Source: an uncultured delta proteobacterium (GTDB taxonomy: Bacteria; Desulfobacterota; RBG-13-43-22). Taken from it: 64,000 nucleotides of DNA. The stretch lies in contig CAWBOS010000006.1 of assembly GCA_963790475.1 (NCBI GenBank), positions 416,001-480,000 of the forward strand. Direction: 5' to 3'. Below, piece by piece: positions 10,956 to 19,108 of the stretch. The notes under the pieces are model-generated. The model did no database searches, was not told where the DNA came from, and saw only the letters and a program-made list of their open reading frames with translations. Every line of letters starts with the position of its first letter. Position 1 is the stretch's first letter. Made by a program: the position numbers and the translations under genes.

Positions 10956-11408
10956 CTAATGCTTAATTAGAGTCAGGGAGAGATCATTTTTCTTTATGTC
11001 TATGTAACTTCTTTTTCGCTGCAGGAGCTCATAGAGCAAGGCCAGGAAGGGTTTATCCCCTCTGGGATAGTTGGTCTTTATCGGCCCGGCAGCCCGCATG
11101 GATTCAATATACTCTATGGGTACGGCGGTCCGGAGCAGAAACTCGTCATCCGAGAGACCTTCTCCGAATTCATGCCGCATCTCCTCCAGAGAGGGTTGGA
11201 CCGGCTTCCAATTTAATAATTCCTGGGTTCTTGGCAGATTCATGATTTTGTCTAACAGGGCCGGATCGATCCGGCCGAGCGGTTTGACCGCGTAATCCAA
11301 AACGACCTTCTGGATCACTTCATCAGAGATTGATCGGTAACGTTCTCCGGCCATAACATTCATGGTCGCCTGGGCCACGATATACTGGGAGGCCGGTGTG
11401 ACCATAAT
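10956..11408 (-). pseudogene. 5'-truncated remnant of a pyruvate carboxylase beta / oxaloacetate decarboxylase alpha-like gene
   Basis: Starts at IMVTPASQYIVAQATMNVMAGERY, equivalent to the conserved xVTPxSQ...GERY segment. The N-terminal carboxyltransferase barrel is absent. Confidence 0.7.
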
Positions 11409-11413
11409 CTGAA

Positions 11414-11517
11414 GAGGCTATTGAGAAACATTATAAAGACCAGTATGCAATACCTTTGATTGGATGAAAGAAGCGAATGGGTTTGTGGAGTGGTTAAGAA
11501 ATATGGGGCTTACCGGT
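11414..11517 (+). pseudogene. Fragment of a second copy of the methyltransferase at 1565
   Basis: Aligns with 1679-1783. A 32-nt block is identical (11447-11478 = 1713-1744) and many other differences are synonymous. Confidence 0.85.
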
Positions 11518-11572
11518 AGGCTACCGCCGTAAAATTCCAATCAATGAATTCCTCGTTCATGACAAAAATATC

Positions 11573-11607
11573 TTGACTTATAATGTTATAATGCTATAGC
11601 ATAATAA
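11573..11607 (+). promoter_or_regulatory. sigma70-type promoter/operator of the hsd operon
   Basis: TTGACT (11573), TATAAT at 11579 and 11587 (the second with an extended TG), and a perfect palindrome ATGCTATAGCAT (11591-11602), then GGAGG RBS. Confidence 0.6.
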
Positions 11608-11626
11608 TTAAAAATCGGAGGTTGTT

Positions 11627-13447
11627 ATGCTGGATAGCAAGGATATTAGCATGATTATTAAGGAACTCAGAAGTAAACTGAACTTCAGCCAGGAAGAATT
11701 AGCAGCAAAACTGGGCGTCTCCTTTGCCACGGTAAACCGTTGGGAAAACGAGAAGATAACACCTCGGGGAAAAGCCAAAGAGGCCATCATGAAGTTGATA
11801 GAAGAGTCGGGGCTCGACCAGGACACTTTGGAAACCACCGGTGATTCAGTCACCAATCATAATAAACGCCGCCGGAAATTATCCAAAGAAGATGTCCTCA
11901 GCACAAAATCCATGGAACAGATGCTCTGGAGCGCCGCCTGTTCCATTCGTGGGGAGAAGGACGCGCCGAAGTTCAAGGATTACATCCTGCCTCTCGTTTT
12001 TATCAAACGCCTATCCGATGTCTTCGAAGATGAAATCGAACGGCTGGCCGAGACTTATGGCGACCGGGAGACGGCGCTGACAATCATCGAGGCCGATCAT
12101 CAACTGGTCCGCTTTTATATCTCCCCCGAAGCGCGCTGGGTGGTGGTCAGCGGTCGGGAAAAGTTCGACTGGCCTGAAGACCGCAAGCCCAAAACATTGG
12201 GCGAACAACTCACCATGACCGTCCGAGCCATCGCCAAGGCCAATCCTTCACTGACAGGGGTCATCGACATCGTGGATTATAATGAGACCCGCAACGGGGA
12301 ACGGGAAATCAGCGATGCGGCCTTGTCCGGCGTGATCGAGACTCTGTCCGATCCACGCTACCGATTGGGACTGTATGATGTGGAGCCGGATTTCCTGGGC
12401 CGGGCCTATGAATATCTCCTTCGAAAATTTGCCGAAGGCCAGGGACAGAGCGCCGGTGAATTCTTCACGCCTACGGAAGTGGGGTGGCTGATGGCCTATA
12501 TCCTGCGTCCCCGCCAGGGTGAAGAAGTCTATGATTATGCCTGCGGCTCCGCCGGATTGCTCATCAAGTGCGAACTGGCCCTCCAGGAACGTGAAATCAA
12601 AGTTCAGCGGCCTTTGAAACTCTATGGGCAGGAACTGACTGGTTCCAGCTACGCCATCGCCCGGATGAACATGGTCGTTCACGATATGGAGGGCGAAATT
12701 GTCCGCGGCAACTCTATGACCAATCCGAAATTCAAGGATTCCGATTCCAGCCTGAAGAAATTCGACATCGTTGTGGCCAATCCCATGTGGAACCAGCCCT
12801 TTGATCCGGTTGTTTATGAGAATGACCCCTTTGATCGTTTTGAATCCCAGGGAGGCGTCACCACCGGCAAGGCCGACTTCGCCTGGCTACAGCATACCGC
12901 CGCTTCGCTGAGTACCCACGGCCGCGCCGCCATCGTCCTTGACACGGGGGCCATCACGCGGGGCAGCGGCAGTAAGAGCGAAGACCGGGAAAAGAAAATC
13001 CGTCAGTGGTTTGTAGAACGCGATTGGATTGAAGGTGTCATCCTTCTGCCCGACAACCTTTTCTACAACACCCCCTCTGCCGGAATCATCATTTTCTTTA
13101 ACAAGGCCAAACCAAAGACCCGGCAGGGAAAGATCATCCTGGTTAACGCCGGCCGGGAATTCAAGAAAGGCAGGCCAAAAAACTATATTCCTGATGAAAA
13201 CATCCGCAAGATCGCCAATGCCTTTATCAAAGGGGAAGACGCCGATAAGTTCGTCAAGGTCATCACGACGGCGGAGGCCGCGGAAAATGATTTCAACCTG
13301 TCGCCGTCGAGATATGTAGATTTGAATGAAGGGGAAATCTACCGGCCGATACCAAGTATTCTGAAAGAACTGAAGGGACTGGAAAAGAAAGTTGAAATTG
13401 TCAACAATGATTTAGAAGTGATTTTCAAAAAAATGCACTTCAGGTGA
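11627..13447 (+). CDS. hsdM: Type I R-M methyltransferase subunit with N-terminal XRE HTH fusion
   Basis: HTH SQEELAAKLGVSFATVNRWEN, then LWSAACSIRG, GEFFTP, motif I DYACGSAGLL and motif IV variant NPMW. Confidence 0.95.
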   Translation: MLDSKDISMIIKELRSKLNFSQEELAAKLGVSFATVNRWENEKITPRGKAKEAIMKLIEESGLDQDTLETTGDSVTNHNKRRRKLSKEDVLSTKSMEQMLWSAACSIRGEKDAPKFKDYILPLVFIKRLSDVFEDEIERLAETYGDRETALTIIEADHQLVRFYISPEARWVVVSGREKFDWPEDRKPKTLGEQLTMTVRAIAKANPSLTGVIDIVDYNETRNGEREISDAALSGVIETLSDPRYRLGLYDVEPDFLGRAYEYLLRKFAEGQGQSAGEFFTPTEVGWLMAYILRPRQGEEVYDYACGSAGLLIKCELALQEREIKVQRPLKLYGQELTGSSYAIARMNMVVHDMEGEIVRGNSMTNPKFKDSDSSLKKFDIVVANPMWNQPFDPVVYENDPFDRFESQGGVTTGKADFAWLQHTAASLSTHGRAAIVLDTGAITRGSGSKSEDREKKIRQWFVERDWIEGVILLPDNLFYNTPSAGIIIFFNKAKPKTRQGKIILVNAGREFKKGRPKNYIPDENIRKIANAFIKGEDADKFVKVITTAEAAENDFNLSPSRYVDLNEGEIYRPIPSILKELKGLEKKVEIVNNDLEVIFKKMHFR

Positions 13448-13466
13448 TAGAGAAAGAACTTTTTTT

Positions 13467-14744
13467 ATGAAAATACTTATGAGTATGCCATCAGATTGGT
13501 CAAAAAAAACTATTGATTCTATTTGCCTTAAGACTGAGCAATGGATTCCAAGCAAAGACAAACGGGATTCTTTCCTCTATATTGACGTCTCCTCTGTTTC
13601 AAATAGTACCTATTCAATTAAAGACACTTCCCGGGTTAAAGCAGAAACTGCACCAGGTAGAGCACGTAAGATCGTGAAATGGCAGGACACGATTTTCGCA
13701 ACAATTAGACCATCCCTCAAAAGAGTGGCATTCATAACACAAGAATACGAAGATCAGATTGCGTCAACGGCATTCTGTGTTATTAGGCCGAATCAGAAAC
13801 AAGCTACGCCATTATATGTTTATTTCTTCTTACTTTCTGACTTCTTAAATAGTGAAATTACTGGTTTACAGCATGGAGCCAGTTATCCTGCGGTTACGGA
13901 TAAAGATGTTTTGAATCAAACTATTTCCCTCCCTCCTCTTACAGAGCAGCAAAAAATAGCCGCCATTCTTTTCAAGATTCAAAAAGCGATTGAGATTCAG
14001 GAATCCATTATCGAGAAGACGCAGGAACTGAAAAAATCCACCCTGTACCATGTCTTTACACATGGCCTGCGTGGAGAACAGTTAAAAGAAACAGAGATCG
14101 GGCCAATACCGGAAAGTTGGGACGTTGTACCGATAGGGAAAGTATATGATTTTACCAAAAAACCTAAAGAGATAATATACACTAACTATGATCACTTACC
14201 TTTCATTGCAATGGATTTGATACCCATTGGCTTGCCAAATTCAGGCAAGTTCAAATTCAAGAAATCAACAGAAATTTCAAGCGGGACATATGTCGAAGAT
14301 GGCGACATTCTTTTATCGAAAATCACTCCCTGTTTTGAAAACGGGAAACAATGTATCGTTACTGGACTACCTGATGGATTTGGAATTGCGTCAACGGAAG
14401 TAATCCCGATCAAGGAGAAACCGGGAATAAGCGACAAATATTTATTATATTACCATCTCTTAAAAGATGATGTCCGTAAACTGATCGCTGGTAAAATGGA
14501 AGGTGCGACAGGACGGCAGAGGGTTCCTGTGAATCTTTTACAGAAATTTATGATCCCGTTCCCTTCGTTAACTGAGCAGCAAGAGATGGCAGAATTATTT
14601 TTGTCTATCGACCAGAAGAACGAGCTCCACACTGCTAAGAAATCCTCCCTGCAAGATCTCTTCAAAACCATGCTGAACAAACTGATGACGGGCGAGATTC
14701 GGGTGAAGGATCTGGATATGGATGTAACCGAGGTAGGTGCATGA
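13467..14744 (+). CDS. hsdS: Type I R-M specificity subunit
   Basis: Two target recognition domains separated by conserved PPLTEQQKIA / PSLTEQQEMA helices and ETEIGPIPESW. Confidence 0.95.
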   Translation: MKILMSMPSDWSKKTIDSICLKTEQWIPSKDKRDSFLYIDVSSVSNSTYSIKDTSRVKAETAPGRARKIVKWQDTIFATIRPSLKRVAFITQEYEDQIASTAFCVIRPNQKQATPLYVYFFLLSDFLNSEITGLQHGASYPAVTDKDVLNQTISLPPLTEQQKIAAILFKIQKAIEIQESIIEKTQELKKSTLYHVFTHGLRGEQLKETEIGPIPESWDVVPIGKVYDFTKKPKEIIYTNYDHLPFIAMDLIPIGLPNSGKFKFKKSTEISSGTYVEDGDILLSKITPCFENGKQCIVTGLPDGFGIASTEVIPIKEKPGISDKYLLYYHLLKDDVRKLIAGKMEGATGRQRVPVNLLQKFMIPFPSLTEQQEMAELFLSIDQKNELHTAKKSSLQDLFKTMLNKLMTGEIRVKDLDMDVTEVGA

Positions 14745-15739
14745 AAGAAGAGCCCAAAGGAGAAATCGTCATCTATCAAACTGACGATGGCAAAGCTGCC
14801 CTGGAAGTCAACCTGCGAGGAGAGACACTGTGGTTAAATCAAAGCCACATGTCCCTCCTGTTTGACAGGGACCGGTCTGTTATCACAAAGCACTTGAGCA
14901 ATATATTCAAGAGCGGGGAATTGGATAAGAAAAGCAATGTGCAAAAAATGCACGTTGCTGGTTCCGACAAACCGGTAGTTTACTATAATCTGGATGTCAT
15001 TATTTCACTTGGTTATCGTGTGAACTCAAGACGCGGCACCCAGTTCCGCATCTGGGCTTCCCAGGTCCTCAAAGATCATATCCTGAAGGGTTATTCCATC
15101 AATGAAAAGCGGCTGCGGGAGCAGAACGCCCGCCTCCTCGAATTGCAAAAGACAGTCAGCCTCTTGCAGCGAGTCATGGAAGGCCGGGAGCTGGCCCGCG
15201 ATGAAGCCACTGGGCTTCTCCAGGTGATTACGGATTACTCCTATGCCCTATCGCTCCTGGATCAGTACGATCACCAGCAGTTAAAAATCAGAGGTACCAC
15301 GAAAAAAATCCCTTTTGCCCTGACCTACGAAGCGGCGCGGAGAGCCATCGACAAACTTGGGGAGCAATCGAGGAAAAAAGGACAATCCGTGGTATTATTC
15401 GGGCGGGAAAAGGATCAATCGTTTCAAAGTTCCCTGGGCGCCATCTACCAGACCTTTGACGGCAAAGAGGTCTATCCCAGCATTGAAGAGAAGGCGGCCC
15501 ACCTCCTCTATTTCGTGATCAAGAATCATTCTTTTATCGACGGCAACAAGCGGATAGGTGCTTTCCTGTTTATCTGGTTTCTGGATGCCGGAGGCATTCT
15601 GTACGCCGAGGACGGCCGCAAGCGAATAGGCGACAATGCCCTTGTAGCTCTGACCCTCATGATTGCAGAGAGTCGGTCCGAAGACAAAGACATCATCATC
15701 AAGGTCATCGTGAACCTGATCAACAGTGATAACATATGA
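14741..15739 (+). CDS. rhuM: RhuM-family protein fused to a Fic/Doc domain
   Basis: YNLDVIISLGYRVNSRRGTQFRIWA (RhuM) plus HSFIDGNKRIG (Doc-type Fic motif). Confidence 0.9.
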   Translation: MKEEPKGEIVIYQTDDGKAALEVNLRGETLWLNQSHMSLLFDRDRSVITKHLSNIFKSGELDKKSNVQKMHVAGSDKPVVYYNLDVIISLGYRVNSRRGTQFRIWASQVLKDHILKGYSINEKRLREQNARLLELQKTVSLLQRVMEGRELARDEATGLLQVITDYSYALSLLDQYDHQQLKIRGTTKKIPFALTYEAARRAIDKLGEQSRKKGQSVVLFGREKDQSFQSSLGAIYQTFDGKEVYPSIEEKAAHLLYFVIKNHSFIDGNKRIGAFLFIWFLDAGGILYAEDGRKRIGDNALVALTLMIAESRSEDKDIIIKVIVNLINSDNI

Positions 15740-15752
15740 GCAGGACGAAATC

Positions 15753-18668
15753 ATGACCCCGACCATAGGTACCGAAAAAAAGACCGTCCAGGATCCGATC
15801 ATCAAATATGCGGAAGAGATAGACTGGAAAATCGTCCCAAAGGAGGACGCCCTTCCCCTGCGAAAAGGGGAAAGCGGAACGCTGTTCTATCGGATTCTCG
15901 AAGAAAAACTGCTGGAACTGAATGAAGGGTTAGTGAATCGGGAAAATGTGGATGAAATCATTCACCGCATGGAAGCCGTCCGGAGCAATATCGAGGGGAA
16001 TGCGGAAATTCTGTCCTGGCTCCGGGGGGAGCAGGCCATTTACGATGAAAAGGAAAAGCGGCGTCGCAACGTGACCGTCGTTGATTTCGCCCGTGCTGAT
16101 CGCAACCTTTTCCAGGTGACTGACGAATGGCAGTACACGAATGGCCGGGAAACAAACCGGGCGGACCTCATGTTTCTCATCAACGGGATTCCTGTGGTTA
16201 TTGTGGAAACCAAGGGCGCCAAAAAGGCCAACGGCATGGAAGAGGCCCTTATCCAGATTCGGCGGTATCACCGGGAGGCCCCGGAGATGCTTACTTCCCC
16301 GCAGGTCTTCGATATGACTCATCTGGTCGATTTTTTCTATGGCCCCACCTGGAATCTGAGCCGGAAGAATATCTTCAACTGGAAGGAAGAGGAAAAGGGA
16401 AATTTTGAAAAGAAGGTAAAGCGCTTTTTTGATCGGGAGCGTTTCCTTAAAATGCTGAAGGAATGGATTTTGTTCTATGTTAAAGATGACGAACTCCAGA
16501 AAACGATCCTCCGCCAGCACCAGACCCGGGCGATCGAGAAAATCGTTCAGCGCTGCGCCGATGAAAGCAAAAAAACAGGTCTGATATGGCATACCCAGGG
16601 ATCGGGCAAGACCTTCACGATGATCACAGCGGCCGAACAGATTCTGGAAGATAAGGACGTCTTCGGGAAGGCAACGGTGATCCTGATGATCGACCGCAAT
16701 GAACTGGAAGGACAACTTTCCGGTTGGGTGGAGCGGATTCTTGGGGAGATGCAATCCCAGGCCATTAGCATCGAGCAGGCCACCAGCAAGGTTCGCCTGC
16801 GGCAACTCCTCAAGGCGGACTTTCGGGGACTGATTATTTCCATGATCCATAAGTTTGACCGGATCCCCAAGAACATCTGTACCCGCCCCAACGTCATTGT
16901 CATGCTCGATGAGGCCCACCGGTCTGTCGGGGGAGACCTGGGCAACTTCCTGCTCGCCGCACTTCCGCAGGCGACACTGATCGGGTTTACGGGCACGCCC
17001 ATTGACAAAACGGCCTACGGCAAGGGGACCTTTAAAATATTCGGGAAAGAAGACGACAAAGGCTACCTGGATAAATATTCCGTTGCCGAATCCATCGAGG
17101 ACGGCACGACGCTTCCCCTCAACTATATGCTGGCCCCCAATGAAATTCGCGTACCCCGGGAGGAACTGGAAAGAGAATTTTTGGGCCTGGTCGAGGCGGA
17201 AGGGGTCAGCGATGTGGAGGAGTTGAATAAGATCCTCGACCGGGCGGTAAAACTCAAGACCTTTCTAAAGTCGGCGGAGCGTGTGGAGAAGGTAGCGGCC
17301 TTCGTTGCCCGACACTTCCGTGAAAATGTTGAGCCCCTTGGCTACAAAGCCTTTGTGGTCGGTGTGGACCGCGAGGCTTGCGCTCTCTACAAAAAAGCCC
17401 TCGACAAGCTCCTGCCAGGGGAATATTCAACGGCTATTTATACAGCCGCCCATAATGACAGCGAAAAATATCCCCTGGTCCACAAATACCAGCGGACGGT
17501 GGAAGAAGAGAAGAAGGCCAGAAAGCTGTTTCCGAAGTCCGAGGCCCTGCCGAAGATCTTCATCGTCACGGATAAACTCCTCACCGGATTTGACGCCCCC
17601 ATTCTGTATTGCCTGTACTTAGACAAACCCATGCGCGACCATGTTCTTCTTCAGGCCATCGCCCGGGTCAACCGGCCCTACGAGGAAGAAGGAGACATCA
17701 AGAAACCCTGCGGCCTGGTGGTTGATTTCGTCGGTATCTTCGAAAAACTGGAAAAAGCGCTGGCCTTCGATTCCGATGTCGTCAGCGGGGTGATTAACAA
17801 TCTGGATGTCCTATTAGCGCGCTTTGTGGAATTGATGACGGGACAGGCCCGCCCGTACCTCGAACTGACCCACGGCAAAGTCGATGATAAAATGGTCGAA
17901 AGGGCCATAGACGCCTTTGTAGATCAGGGCCAGAGAGAGGAATTTTATAAGCTTTTCAAAGAACTGGAAACGCTGTACGAGATACTGTCTCCCTCCCCCG
18001 ATCTTCGGGACTATATCGAAGACTTCGGCCTCCTCTCGATCCTCTATCAGATCGTCCGCAACGCCTTCCGAAAAAAAACGGGGTTTTACTACGACATCGC
18101 CAAAAAGACAGAACAACTGGTCCGGGAGAAGGCGACGACCTTCGGTCTGGAGACCGCAACTCCGACGGTCAAGATCGACGGGACGACCTTGAAGGCGCTG
18201 AAAGGCAGCAAAACATCAAACAACACCAAGGTGATCAATCTCATCAACAGCATCATCAAGACAGCGACGGATGAAGGCGACGACAGTCCCTATCTGAAAC
18301 CCATTGGTGAACGGGCGGAAGCCATTCAGGAGGCTTTCGATGATCGGCAGGTAACGGCGCTCGAAGCGCTGAAAAAGGTTGAGGCGCTGATCAATGAGAT
18401 TCTCGAAGCCCGGAGGGAGCAGGAAAAGACGGGTTTCGACATCAACACCTTTACGATTTACTGGCTCCTCAAAAAGGAAAAGGTGAAGTGGTTTGACAGC
18501 CTTGCCCCGATTGTCAATAACGCCTTTCTCCGCTTCCCGAATTTCAAAGACAACATTGCCGAACTGAGGCAGCTTAAAGCGGAATTATACAAGCTGATGC
18601 TCCCCGTCGTCGGCAAGGAATTGATGCTGGGCATTGTTGAAAAGCTCTTGAAACTGGATCGTAAATGA
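15753..18668 (+). CDS. hsdR: Type I R-M restriction subunit
   Basis: RADLMFLINGIPVVIVETK nuclease motif, WHTQGSGKT, DEAHRS, FTGTP, LLTGFDAP and QAIARVNR. Confidence 0.96.
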   Translation: MTPTIGTEKKTVQDPIIKYAEEIDWKIVPKEDALPLRKGESGTLFYRILEEKLLELNEGLVNRENVDEIIHRMEAVRSNIEGNAEILSWLRGEQAIYDEKEKRRRNVTVVDFARADRNLFQVTDEWQYTNGRETNRADLMFLINGIPVVIVETKGAKKANGMEEALIQIRRYHREAPEMLTSPQVFDMTHLVDFFYGPTWNLSRKNIFNWKEEEKGNFEKKVKRFFDRERFLKMLKEWILFYVKDDELQKTILRQHQTRAIEKIVQRCADESKKTGLIWHTQGSGKTFTMITAAEQILEDKDVFGKATVILMIDRNELEGQLSGWVERILGEMQSQAISIEQATSKVRLRQLLKADFRGLIISMIHKFDRIPKNICTRPNVIVMLDEAHRSVGGDLGNFLLAALPQATLIGFTGTPIDKTAYGKGTFKIFGKEDDKGYLDKYSVAESIEDGTTLPLNYMLAPNEIRVPREELEREFLGLVEAEGVSDVEELNKILDRAVKLKTFLKSAERVEKVAAFVARHFRENVEPLGYKAFVVGVDREACALYKKALDKLLPGEYSTAIYTAAHNDSEKYPLVHKYQRTVEEEKKARKLFPKSEALPKIFIVTDKLLTGFDAPILYCLYLDKPMRDHVLLQAIARVNRPYEEEGDIKKPCGLVVDFVGIFEKLEKALAFDSDVVSGVINNLDVLLARFVELMTGQARPYLELTHGKVDDKMVERAIDAFVDQGQREEFYKLFKELETLYEILSPSPDLRDYIEDFGLLSILYQIVRNAFRKKTGFYYDIAKKTEQLVREKATTFGLETATPTVKIDGTTLKALKGSKTSNNTKVINLINSIIKTATDEGDDSPYLKPIGERAEAIQEAFDDRQVTALEALKKVEALINEILEARREQEKTGFDINTFTIYWLLKKEKVKWFDSLAPIVNNAFLRFPNFKDNIAELRQLKAELYKLMLPVVGKELMLGIVEKLLKLDRK

Positions 18669-19009
18669 TGGGCACGTTGACAGGCAAAACGATAGGCTTG
18701 AGAACAAAAAAGCAATTAAAGGCCGAAATTGCCCGCTGGGCCGTTGTCATGAAAGTGAAACCGGGGCAAATTTGCATACAGAGGATGACGAAAAAGTGGG
18801 CCTCCTGCTCAAGCAAGGGACGGGTCTGTTTCAGTGCCGATCTTCTTCAGGAATCAAGAACATTCCAGGAATATGTCATCGTCCACGAACTCCTCCACCT
18901 CCAGGTGCCCAATCATGGCAAGCTCTTCAAAAGTCTTATGAATGCTTATCTGCCGGGATGGGAGATGATTTTGGAGGAAAGAAACGGAAGCAATTCGAGA
19001 AGCTTTTAA
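18665..19009 (+). CDS. Short M48/YgjP-like (DUF45) metallopeptidase domain protein
   Basis: KWASCS and YVIVHELLHL...NHGK; typical position after hsdR. Confidence 0.85.
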   Translation: MMGTLTGKTIGLRTKKQLKAEIARWAVVMKVKPGQICIQRMTKKWASCSSKGRVCFSADLLQESRTFQEYVIVHELLHLQVPNHGKLFKSLMNAYLPGWEMILEERNGSNSRSF

Positions 19010-19108
19010 ACGTGGGGAATTCTTGGGATGTAAAGTTATCTTTTTTCGGGATTCATAGAACGAGTATCCTGAAGAATCCTGTAATATTAAATCAGGGGAG
19101 GGACTGAC

